The position numbers were made by a program, and so were the translations under genes. Shown piece after piece: positions 39,601 to 49,416 of a stretch of DNA of 64,000 bases; position 1 is the first letter of the stretch; every line of letters starts with the position of its first letter. The notes under the pieces are model-generated. The model was not told the origin of the DNA. It was given only the letters and a program-made list of their open reading frames with translations, and searched no databases. Source of the stretch: Thermoleophilia bacterium (GTDB lineage Bacteria > Actinomycetota > Thermoleophilia > RBG-16-64-13); contig JAXGNF010000003.1 in the NCBI GenBank assembly GCA_040768135.1, positions 11,191-75,190 of the forward strand, given 5' to 3'.

Positions 39601-39755
39601 TCGCTCATCTGTTCCAGCCAGGATATGAGGAAGCCCTCGCCAGTATCGAAGCTTGGGTAGATGAGGAGTGGGAAAAGCTGCTGCGCAAATGCGGTGAGCC
39701 CAGCGAGGCCGATTGGCAGGAGCATCTGCAAGAACACGGCTGCCTACTGCGTTGA
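36609..39755 (+). CDS. multidomain fusion protein: NuoG-type [2Fe-2S] ferredoxin + GltD/NfnB/StnA-like FAD-NAD(P)H oxidoreductase + polyferredoxin + C-terminal pyruvate:ferredoxin oxidoreductase beta (TPP-binding PorB) domain
   Basis: Domain order along the 1048 aa. (i) [32 protein letters not shown]...CRLCLVEV is a NuoG/FdhA-like 2Fe-2S domain. (ii) [14 protein letters not shown]...[14 protein letters not shown] followed by [29 protein letters not shown]...GVFAAGD is GltD-like. (iii) Four Cys clusters: [47 protein letters not shown]. (iv) [10 protein letters not shown]...[11 protein letters not shown]...[12 protein letters not shown] is the PorB TPP-binding motif GDG-x(24-27)-N. Confidence 0.8.
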   Translation: [1048 protein letters not shown]

Positions 39756-39822
39756 AGACCCCTATGGAGCCATGACCTACCTCATATCAGCAACGATGTA
39801 GCGTCACGAACGATGCGGCGCC

Positions 39823-41070
39823 ATGCCTGACATAGAGATACGGGCCCCTCGTGAGGAGGAGTTCCCGGCCATCTTGCGGACAAGCAGCGTAGCCTTCGGT
39901 GAAGAGGCAACTGCCGAAGACGCTGAGGTCTACCGAACATCGTTCCCCTTCGACCGGGCTCTTTGCGCATATGAGGGCGGAGACATGGTGGCGACGTCTG
40001 CCGCTTTGCCTATGGAACTAACCTTACCCGGACAGCGCGCACTGCCTGCAGCAGGGATGACCTGGATCGCCACCCTGCCCACCCACCGGCGACGTGGCCT
40101 CCTGCGACGGCTCATGACAAGCCACTTCGTCCAGATGGTCGAACGTGGAGAGCCACTCTCGCTCCTGCTTGCCTCTGAGGGGAGCATCTACTCACGCTTC
40201 GGCTACGGACCCGCCACCAACATCTTGAGTTTCAGTGTCGAACGCCCTTACGCAGTGTTCTCTTGTCCGGTCACCAACAGGGGCCGCCTGAGCCTCCTGA
40301 GTGACGAGGAGGCGGCCGCGGAGCTGCCGCCCCTCTACGATGATCTCAGGCTCCTCCAACCGGGAATGGTCCGCCGTCCCATCTTCTGGTGGCCGCATTA
40401 TCTCCACGATCCGGTCGGCGCGAGAGAGGGCGCCACCAAGATGTACCATGTGAAACATGAGACGGTCCCCGGGGTGGCCGACGGTTATGCCAGCTATCGG
40501 ATTAAGGAGGCTTGGTCCGGCGCGGCCACACCAGCCGGTGAGGTGCAGGTCGTAGAGGTGATCGCCGCAAACCCCGACGTCTACAAAGTACTATGGGACT
40601 ACCTGCTCAACACCGACCTATCTCAGACTACCTCGTGCTGGAGAGGAAGAGTTGACGAGCCGCTCCGCTGGCTTCTGGCCGACCCGCGCCGTTTTGAGAC
40701 AAAGGCTATGGCCGATGACCTCTATCTGCGCCTTCATGACGTGCCCCGCGCTCTGTCCGCCAGGGGTTATCGGGCCTCAGGCGAACTGGTGCTCGCGGTG
40801 ACCGAGGAGTTCTTCCCTCACCCCAGCGAAACCCGCTACCTCCTCCGGGCCGACCCGGCAGCTCTGCCGGGCGCAGAATGCAGCCACACGCAACGAGAAC
40901 CCGACTTAGCGATCTCAATCGATTATCTCGCCGCTGCTTATCTGGGAGGAGTGTCGTTTAGGACGCTGGCGACAGCAGGAAGGGCACGAGAGTTGACCCC
41001 GGGAGCCATCGAACAGGCCGACAAGATGTTCTCCACCGAGGTAGCGCCTTTCTGCTCCACGATGTTCTGA
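39823..41070 (+). CDS. Eis-like GNAT family N-acetyltransferase (GNAT + SCP2-like C-terminal domain)
   Basis: At 415 aa, with acetyl-CoA-binding region HRRRGLLRRLMTSHF and architecture similar to enhanced-intracellular-survival-type acetyltransferases. Confidence 0.65.
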   Translation: MPDIEIRAPREEEFPAILRTSSVAFGEEATAEDAEVYRTSFPFDRALCAYEGGDMVATSAALPMELTLPGQRALPAAGMTWIATLPTHRRRGLLRRLMTSHFVQMVERGEPLSLLLASEGSIYSRFGYGPATNILSFSVERPYAVFSCPVTNRGRLSLLSDEEAAAELPPLYDDLRLLQPGMVRRPIFWWPHYLHDPVGAREGATKMYHVKHETVPGVADGYASYRIKEAWSGAATPAGEVQVVEVIAANPDVYKVLWDYLLNTDLSQTTSCWRGRVDEPLRWLLADPRRFETKAMADDLYLRLHDVPRALSARGYRASGELVLAVTEEFFPHPSETRYLLRADPAALPGAECSHTQREPDLAISIDYLAAAYLGGVSFRTLATAGRARELTPGAIEQADKMFSTEVAPFCSTMF

Positions 41071-41094
41071 CGCACGTCCTCACAAGGAGGGTTC

Positions 41095-41697
41095 ATGCAA
41101 GACCAAGTCGGTCCGAGCCCCAGCCACGCAACGTTCAGACCTGAGCGCGCTCATCGGCTGAACGACGTGCGCCGTTTGGAGACTCAGGTTGCAGAGGCCG
41201 ATCTGGCCCGCCTGCTCGCCCTCAAAGGCAACGAAAACCTGCTGGACCTCGGCAGCGGGACCGGTTTCTACACTGATCGTATGGCCCGTCTCACCACGGG
41301 TGTTGTGTACGCGGTCGACTTCCAACCCGAGATGCACGCGCACCACAGAACTCGTGGACTACCGGTCAATGTACAACAGTTGTCCGCCGACCTGACCGAC
41401 CTTGTCGGTCTTATCATCATACCGGGAAGCGTTGATGTGGCCTGCACTATCACTACCTGGCACGAGATAGGAGGCCGTCTTGACCTTCCGGGCCTTCTCA
41501 GGGTCCTCAGCCCCGGTGGACGACTCGTCGTCATCGATTGGAGAAAACACCCGGAGTCTTGGGACCACGGACCTCCAGGAGATATCCGCTTCACCAAAGA
41601 GGAAGTGGCCTCCTCTCTTCAACGCTACTTCGCCCACGTCGATGCCGAGGACTTGGGTCGCTTCATGTTCGCCGTGGTGGCAAGACGGATCGCATAG
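41095..41697 (+). CDS. class I SAM-dependent methyltransferase
   Basis: LLDLGSGTGFYT is SAM-binding motif I (DxGxGxG), and VLSPGGRLVVIDW is motif III. Confidence 0.7.
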   Translation: MQDQVGPSPSHATFRPERAHRLNDVRRLETQVAEADLARLLALKGNENLLDLGSGTGFYTDRMARLTTGVVYAVDFQPEMHAHHRTRGLPVNVQQLSADLTDLVGLIIIPGSVDVACTITTWHEIGGRLDLPGLLRVLSPGGRLVVIDWRKHPESWDHGPPGDIRFTKEEVASSLQRYFAHVDAEDLGRFMFAVVARRIA

Positions 41698-41777
41698 ATC
41701 TCCGGGTATCGATCGCTCCCACAGCTAGACTAGAGATTGATTGTGGAGCGTCGCCCAGACCGGGTCGGATCCGTAGA

Positions 41778-42206
41778 CTACTCTTCATCGGCCGGATCAG
41801 CCGCCCGCTCCCGTTTCAGACGACCTCGCCGGCGCTTCTCTTCCAAACGTCTCACTTTGACCGCCTCGGGAATCTGCACAGGAACGCGCTCCGGTACCTC
41901 GGTCAGGGCCGTGCGCACTAGTTCGGCTAGTCTCCGAGTCGCAGCCTCACGGTTGGCCAACTGAGTGCGATGGCGTTCGGAGACCACTCGCAGGACCCCC
42001 TGTTTGTTGATACGTCCTGCAAGACGACGGCGGAGCGACTCTTTCTGTTCCACAGTCAACGAAGGTGAGCCGTTCACATCGAACAGCAAAGTGACGCGGG
42101 TATTAAGCTTGTTGACGTTCTGGCCGCCCGGCCCACCGCTGCGAGAGGTGGTGAATGTCAGTTCGTCGTCCGGGATCTCAAGATCATCAAGCACCCGCAC
42201 CATCAT
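41778..42206 (-). CDS. arfB: alternative ribosome-rescue factor ArfB (peptidyl-tRNA hydrolase, class-I release-factor domain)
   Basis: SRSGGPGGQNVNK (GGQ motif) and a basic C-terminal tail (KVRRLEEKRRRGRLKRER) are typical of ArfB/YaeJ. The start is taken at the MMVRVLDD Met. Confidence 0.75.
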   Translation of the reverse strand: MMVRVLDDLEIPDDELTFTTSRSGGPGGQNVNKLNTRVTLLFDVNGSPSLTVEQKESLRRRLAGRINKQGVLRVVSERHRTQLANREAATRRLAELVRTALTEVPERVPVQIPEAVKVRRLEEKRRRGRLKRERAADPADEE

Positions 42207-42316
42207 CACTCCTTTCGGCCGCAACAACCCCCTATGCCGCACTGGGCCCGGCTATGGACCGCAACCTGCCTCGGCCGACTTCCCGGAGCACGCCGACAAA
42301 CCGATCCGGCCGTTCG

Positions 42317-43003
42317 TCAGCGGCCGCCTCGGCCTTCTTTTTGTTCCCCCAGCGAAGCGATGAGCGTCCGATCGAGCTCTACTATCGAGTCCAGCACCAC
42401 GTCCGCCGAAGCAAGCACTTCCGCCGAGGGTGGGAAGGCGGCGTTGGGGATGGCGACGACCGCCAGCCCGGCCGAATGAGCCGCCTGGATCCCACTGGTG
42501 GAATCCTCTACGGCGACCGCCCGCTCCGGCTCAGTCGCCAGACGGGCACAGGCCTCAAGGTAGACGTGGGGCTCGGGCTTGCCCGCCGACACTTCGTCAG
42601 ACGACACCAACGCATCAAAGCACGCCTGCAACCCAGCCAGTTCTAAGACGTATTCAATGATTTCCAGCGGTGAGGATGAAGCCACTCCTAACCTATAATA
42701 ACGGGCCAGACCAATGACCACGTCCACGGCTTTTGGAATCAGCGGCAGATGCTGAGCATATCGCCTACGCAGTCCACTTATGATGCCGGCATAGATCTCC
42801 TGATTAGACAGATCGACCCCGTTATTCTCTCGCATGGAAGCCGCCCATTGCATGGAATTGGCCCCCATCACCAGCGGCTGATCTCTTTCTGTGTCCCAAT
42901 ACCCTCCGTGGCAAGTGGCGAACTCGTAACGCACGGTGTTCCACACATTTTCGGTGTCGATGATGACTCCATCGAGATCAAAAACAATCGAATCGATGCT
43001 CAC
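42317..43003 (-). CDS. HAD-IA family hydrolase (beta-phosphoglucomutase-like phosphatase)
   Basis: IVFDLDGVIIDTE is HAD motif I (DxDGV), with downstream K and DD motifs. Confidence 0.75.
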   Translation of the reverse strand: MSIDSIVFDLDGVIIDTENVWNTVRYEFATCHGGYWDTERDQPLVMGANSMQWAASMRENNGVDLSNQEIYAGIISGLRRRYAQHLPLIPKAVDVVIGLARYYRLGVASSSPLEIIEYVLELAGLQACFDALVSSDEVSAGKPEPHVYLEACARLATEPERAVAVEDSTSGIQAAHSAGLAVVAIPNAAFPPSAEVLASADVVLDSIVELDRTLIASLGEQKEGRGGR

Positions 43004-45702
43004 GGCAGGGTGACCTGCTTGGCGCCGAGCCCCGCATAATCTGAAGGGTTGCAGGTCAGCACAATTATCTGAAGTCCCCGCTCCGCACCGAGGTCGAGCA
43101 TCCGCTGCAGCGTCTGTACGCGTTCGGGATCAGAGTATGCGAAGGCATCGTCAAACACCACGGGGAGCGAGCCGTCGTGACCGGCAGCCAGCAACTCCGC
43201 AATCGCGAGTCGAACGGCAGCCGCGACCTGCTCGCGGGTCCCGCCGCTCAACCGGGCAAACGAAGTGGTGCCTCCGTCGTCGGAACGAGCAAGTTCGATG
43301 CCCTTGAAGCGTCGGTTCTCGAAGGACACCACGGCACGGGCATCCGCTCCGAACAGACAGCGTAGATACGCGCTTATCTTGTCGGCCAACGGCTGTGAGA
43401 AGCGATCTGCCAAGGCCCTCTGCTCGGCGACGAAGAGGTCATCGACAAGGACAATGGCGCGGGCCTTTCGCTCCACCAACCGCAGATTGGTCTCGGCCGC
43501 CTGCAACCGGGCGTCGGCCTCAGCGAGTAGCGCCTGGGGATCCTCAGCGCCACTCAAGCGGAGGAGGGCCTGGTTCGCGGCACGCCGGTTAGACGCATCC
43601 AGCTTCTGCTCAGCGATCCGTTCCAGGGCACGGGCCAACCGTTCGTGATCCGCCGCCAATACATCGGGCTGCAAAGCTTCCAACGATGCCCGAGTCGTCC
43701 CCAGTTCGTCTGCTAGTCGCTTCGCATCCTCCCGGGCTTCTCTCAGCGTCGCTGCACGCACTTCGTCCGCCCCGTGATTCCCGATCAGCAGTTCCAACTG
43801 GTCGGTGCACTTGGTCAACTGCTGCTTGTCGGCCTCTATCAGGATCCCGGCCGCGGTGAGCTCCTTCTCCTTTTCGACGACCAGCACCCGGAGCGCTTCC
43901 AGCGCCGCTTTGGCCGCCCCCTCATCGGATTCGACAACCTGCAGGCCCTCCTGTTCGTGCCGGAGCCATTCCCGCGCATCGGCAATCGTCTGCGGCGATG
44001 CCGCACCGTCGATATGTTGCGCGCGTCTCTGGACATCGGCCACAGCCGCAGCAAGCTCCTCTGCTGCCACCGCGCGTTCGTCGTCCAGCCCCGAAGACCC
44101 AGCGGGCCACTCCGCCAGACGATCCACCAGTGAGCGCTCTTTGCTCAGAAGGCCGGCTCTGACTTTCGCCATCTCGAGGACCTCGGCCACCGATCCCAGA
44201 CCGTACCCGTCCAGCGTGCGCCTCAACTTATCACCCAGTGTACGAACTCTCTCCCGTGCCTGGACTAAGCCGTCACCGCCACCTGGATAGATGCGAAGCA
44301 GTGTCGTTCCCACCACCACCTCGGTAGGATCGGAGACTGTATGGCGCCCACCACCGGCGAGGCTAACCGGCCCTACCTGAACCGCGGCATCGCTACGGAC
44401 GACCTCCACCTCGGTAGCCATGGCCTTCAGAGCCGATTCGGCTTGAGCTGCCTTACCCTCGAGGTCCCGTAAACCGTCAAGAGCCTGTTCATCGAGCGGC
44501 ACCAACCCCGCCAGCTCCGTGCGGAGGCCGGCTAGTTCCTCTTCAAGCCGTCGTACGCGCTCTATGTACTCGTCGAGCTTGTCACAACGAGCCCGCTTCT
44601 CAAAGAGAGCCACATATGCAGCGGCCAATTCCTTCCTGTTCCAGGCTTCTCGAATGACCGCCATTGCCCCTTCGTATGCGTGTTCTGCCTCTGCCTTCTC
44701 TTTCTTCACGGCCAGCAATTCGGCTTCGAGGAGTGCTCGGGCTTCTTCTCGTGGTCTGAGCGACTTCTTCAGGTCGCCGGCCAAGTCCCGTAGCTCAGAT
44801 ATGCTTGTTTCGACGGCTTCTAGATCTGCCAGTCTCTGGGCGGCAATATCGGAGTCGGCTGCTTGTCGCTCCTCACGACGCCGCAACTCATCGACTTCGG
44901 TCATTCCAATCTCGACAGACCGACGCTGCTCAGTCAGGCCTTCCGCCTCACGGGTGAGCCGCTCGATCGTATTCGAAGCCTCTTCGAATCCCAGGGCCGC
45001 TTGACGTAACCTGTCGACCCGGTCGGCAGCCGTCGCACGCTCCGCCGCAGCCTCGGCGTATTCGGTCTGCGCCTTCTCGAGATCGGAGCCTTTCTTGGGC
45101 CTGCCGGTGCTCACGAAAATCAGGCTCCGGTTGCGCGAGAAACGAGCGGCCACCCGCCCGTCCGACTCGGACTGCATGGCCACGGCTCCCCCAGAGTCCT
45201 GCAGTCTTTGCAGGAGGTCTTCCTGCTGGGCGCCCACATATCCACACGGGTCGTTCAGGCTGTTGCCCTGCCATACCCAGAGATGCGACCACTGTTCGAA
45301 GACCCGCTCGTCGGCTCCCCTGCCGCCCTCGATGGTAGGCACCCCAAGTAATTCAGCAATCCGCTGCTGAGCGTCTTCGCCGAGCCAAGTGGACCCGCCC
45401 ACTTGAGTCAGACGAGTAGTGCCGTTCTGACCACTGAAACGCTTCGCGACCTCGTACTGCGCGCCCCGGGCCTCGAACCTCACCTCCACCTCGGGATGTC
45501 CCGCAAAACGAGTAGACCGCATGCGATGATGAGCCTCCCCCGTCACAGTGGCCTTGAGAAACAGCCCTCTGTGGACGGCCTCGATGAGAGTGCTCTTGCC
45601 GCTCTCGTTGGGACCGCCCACCAATGTACGCGCCGGGTCGAACTCCACCGTGACGTCCTGGTGGATGCGATAGCTGATAACCCGAGCAGCGAGCAGCCTC
45701 AT
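43000..45702 (-). CDS. SbcC/Rad50-like AAA ATPase (DNA double-strand break repair)
   Basis: N-terminal Walker A LVGGPNESGKSTLIEA, a long coiled-coil (E/A/R/L-rich) middle, and a C-terminal signature/Walker B (LSGGTREQ..., LPVVFDDAF). Overlaps the SbcD-like gene. Confidence 0.8.
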   Translation of the reverse strand: MRLLAARVISYRIHQDVTVEFDPARTLVGGPNESGKSTLIEAVHRGLFLKATVTGEAHHRMRSTRFAGHPEVEVRFEARGAQYEVAKRFSGQNGTTRLTQVGGSTWLGEDAQQRIAELLGVPTIEGGRGADERVFEQWSHLWVWQGNSLNDPCGYVGAQQEDLLQRLQDSGGAVAMQSESDGRVAARFSRNRSLIFVSTGRPKKGSDLEKAQTEYAEAAAERATAADRVDRLRQAALGFEEASNTIERLTREAEGLTEQRRSVEIGMTEVDELRRREERQAADSDIAAQRLADLEAVETSISELRDLAGDLKKSLRPREEARALLEAELLAVKKEKAEAEHAYEGAMAVIREAWNRKELAAAYVALFEKRARCDKLDEYIERVRRLEEELAGLRTELAGLVPLDEQALDGLRDLEGKAAQAESALKAMATEVEVVRSDAAVQVGPVSLAGGGRHTVSDPTEVVVGTTLLRIYPGGGDGLVQARERVRTLGDKLRRTLDGYGLGSVAEVLEMAKVRAGLLSKERSLVDRLAEWPAGSSGLDDERAVAAEELAAAVADVQRRAQHIDGAASPQTIADAREWLRHEQEGLQVVESDEGAAKAALEALRVLVVEKEKELTAAGILIEADKQQLTKCTDQLELLIGNHGADEVRAATLREAREDAKRLADELGTTRASLEALQPDVLAADHERLARALERIAEQKLDASNRRAANQALLRLSGAEDPQALLAEADARLQAAETNLRLVERKARAIVLVDDLFVAEQRALADRFSQPLADKISAYLRCLFGADARAVVSFENRRFKGIELARSDDGGTTSFARLSGGTREQVAAAVRLAIAELLAAGHDGSLPVVFDDAFAYSDPERVQTLQRMLDLGAERGLQIIVLTCNPSDYAGLGAKQVTLP

Positions 45703-46874
45703 GACACCCTCTCCTGCTGCCAGGCCGCATATAGTTCGCGGAGGGCAACCCGGGCAGTAGCCGCCTCCTCACCGTCACCACCGGCTTGAGTCATGAGTTG
45801 GGCCGCGACCCGGGCGATGAGCGGGTCTGCCCCACTCGCGGTGAGGGCGTGTATCTCGTTTTCGGTCGGGGAGACCATAGTGAGATCTTCCAGCCTCAAC
45901 CGCAACAGCCGGGCTTCAAGAGACTCCACGATTCCGTCCACGCGAGCGGATGCTTCGAATCCCACCGCTCCGGAAAGCGTTAGGCGTAACAGGTCTTCGT
46001 TCGCCCGCTGTCCCAACAATGTTACTAGGCGGTCCTCGAGCCCGGAGATGGCCGAGTCGTCGGCCAAGTCGAACGACAACACCCGCCACACCAACCTGCC
46101 TGTGTGGACCTTCTCCACCCGGGGGATGCGCCCCCGGTCGACGTCGACCACAAGAACATTGCCGGCATCATAGCCCTCGCCCTTGGGGAAGCGATCGGCC
46201 TCAGGGGTGCCCGAGTACCAGGCCTTTGCGCTCACCTGCCCCGTCCCATGCCAGTCACCCAAGGCCACATAATCGATCTCTGCCTCGGGCAGCCTGGTGA
46301 CATCGATCAGGTTGGAGAGGGCGTCGCTTTTGTCTTCGTCGTCGATCTCGCCCACGAAACTCTGGGTGCTGCCGTGGGCGAGGACGATCCGCGGCCGGTC
46401 CGTGGGCAGACCGGCATATGTCGCGGGTGAGCGCAACCATTCCGTCGGATCACCCACAACTGAGCGCCGCGCCAAAGGACAGGGGAGGATGACCGCCCCG
46501 TCCTCCACGAACGGCTCAGTCTCAGTGAGTACGGTGAGGTTAGGCGCGAGCGCCTCTCGCTCCCTCAAGAAGAACTCCTGATCCCAAATGCTCCCCGGAC
46601 CCGCATGATCGTGGTTACCCGGGATGGCATAAACCGGCACCTCCATCTGCCCGATGGCGCTGCAGGCGGCCGCCACCGTCGCCTTGTCGACGCTGGGGGA
46701 GTCAAACAGATCGCCCGCCACAACCACAAACGCCGCCCCGTTCTCGTGAACGACGGCCCCAACCCGTTTGATCACGTCCACCCGGGCCTGTCGAACCAAT
46801 GCGCGTTTGTGAGGGTCGTCGATACGGGCGAAAGGCGCCCCGATCTGCCAATCTGACGTGTGGATGAACTTCAT
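45699..46874 (-). CDS. SbcD/Mre11-like metallophosphoesterase nuclease
   Basis: MKFIHTSDWQIG...GDLFD...GNHDH are calcineurin-like phosphoesterase motifs. The start is taken at the MKFIHTSD Met. Confidence 0.8.
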   Translation of the reverse strand: MKFIHTSDWQIGAPFARIDDPHKRALVRQARVDVIKRVGAVVHENGAAFVVVAGDLFDSPSVDKATVAAACSAIGQMEVPVYAIPGNHDHAGPGSIWDQEFFLREREALAPNLTVLTETEPFVEDGAVILPCPLARRSVVGDPTEWLRSPATYAGLPTDRPRIVLAHGSTQSFVGEIDDEDKSDALSNLIDVTRLPEAEIDYVALGDWHGTGQVSAKAWYSGTPEADRFPKGEGYDAGNVLVVDVDRGRIPRVEKVHTGRLVWRVLSFDLADDSAISGLEDRLVTLLGQRANEDLLRLTLSGAVGFEASARVDGIVESLEARLLRLRLEDLTMVSPTENEIHALTASGADPLIARVAAQLMTQAGGDGEEAATARVALRELYAAWQQERVS

Positions 46875-46960
46875 GAGCCTCCCCCCGGATGTTTCGCCGG
46901 TCCATACTACTATAGCCAGGCCGACGGACACGTACGCACATCCCGAGGAGCCGGTGTTAG

Positions 46961-48466
<1,506 letters not shown>

Positions 48467-48473
48467 GCGCACG

Positions 48474-48543
48474 CGCGTTGCCCGGTGTGGTGACGCCCTC
48501 TTGCCGGCGTGACCCCCAGTCGGCTTTGATGGCGAGATCGCCC
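48474..48543 (+). repeat. copy A of a ~67-bp direct repeat (TTGCCCGG..GGTGACGCCC..TTGCCGGCGTGACCCC..GGCGAGATCGCC)
   Basis: Aligns with 52295..52360 in the same orientation at roughly 80-85% identity. It contains the imperfect hairpin GTGACGCC-N8-GGCGTGAC. Confidence 0.5.
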
Positions 48544-48639
48544 GCTTGAGGATTGAGACTGCCTCCGCCCACCCGCGTGGCCACCGATTGATTTCTACCA
48601 ACCAGGTCTTCCCTCCCGTTGGCGGCGGCGTGTAGCATG

Positions 48640-48675
48640 AGCCCCAGAAATGCGAAAACCGCCCGAGGGCGGCTT
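48640..48675 (-). terminator. possible intrinsic terminator on the minus strand (GCCGCCCUCGGGCGGC hairpin followed by UUUUCGCAUUU)
   Basis: The plus strand reads AAAACCGCCCGAGGGCGGCTTCGC. The reverse complement gives a GC hairpin followed by a U-run. No obvious minus-strand gene lies immediately upstream, so its role is unclear. Confidence 0.3.
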
Positions 48676-48733
48676 CGCGCCCTAGGCGTATAGCCTAGGG
48701 GTAGCGACAACATCATAAGGCCGGAGGGCCCGG

Positions 48734-49385
48734 ATGTCAACGGATCGGACGCGCGTCTACGTGGACGGCTTCAACCTCTACTACGGGGCGTTTCGCGATG
48801 GGACCTTCGGAGCATACAAGTGGCTCAACCTGGTCGGTTTCTGTCAGGATATCCCCCCCCAAGGGACATCGTATCGACATGGTGAGATATTTCACGGCAC
48901 GGGTGAAGCCCAGAGGGACCGATCCCGGAGCCCCCGCGCGTCAGGCGACCTACATCCAAGCGTTGCGCACGCTCCCAGAGATCAGCATCCACATGGGCAC
49001 TTTCTCCACTCACCCCAAGATCAGGCCGGTTACGGATCAGGCCGCCCATTGCCAGCCTGCCGTAGAAGTAATCATCACCGAGGAAAAGGGTTCGGACGTG
49101 AACCTGGCAACGTACCTCCTGCTGGATGCTTTCGACGACACGTTGGATACAGCCGTCGTCATCTCGGACGACTCTGACCTGCTCGAACCGATCAAGGTCG
49201 TCAAAGAACGATTCGACAGGCGAATCGTGGTAATCCGGATCCGAACCAACCGAGGTAGCGTGTTCAAGAATGTGGCAGACGCCGTCTATGACGCCAACCG
49301 GTCGCGCTACTACTCGCAAAGCCAGCTCCCGGCGACGCTCACGTCGCCCTCGGGGAAGGTGATCAACAGGCCCTCCGGATGGTAG
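48734..49385 (+). pseudogene. NYN-domain (LabA/PIN-like RNase) gene disrupted by a frameshift in a C8 homopolymer tract
   Basis: Frame A (48734..) gives MSTDRTRVYVDGFNLYYGA...FCQDIPP. Frame B continues KGHRIDMVRYFTARVKP...EEKGSDVNLATYLLLDAFDDTLDTAVVISDDSDL, the NYN motif. The frames switch at CCCCCCCC, 48853..48860. Removing one C restores a single ~216-aa ORF. Confidence 0.6.
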
Positions 49386-49416
49386 ACCGGCATAGTGACG
49401 TCTTCTTTGCCAACGA

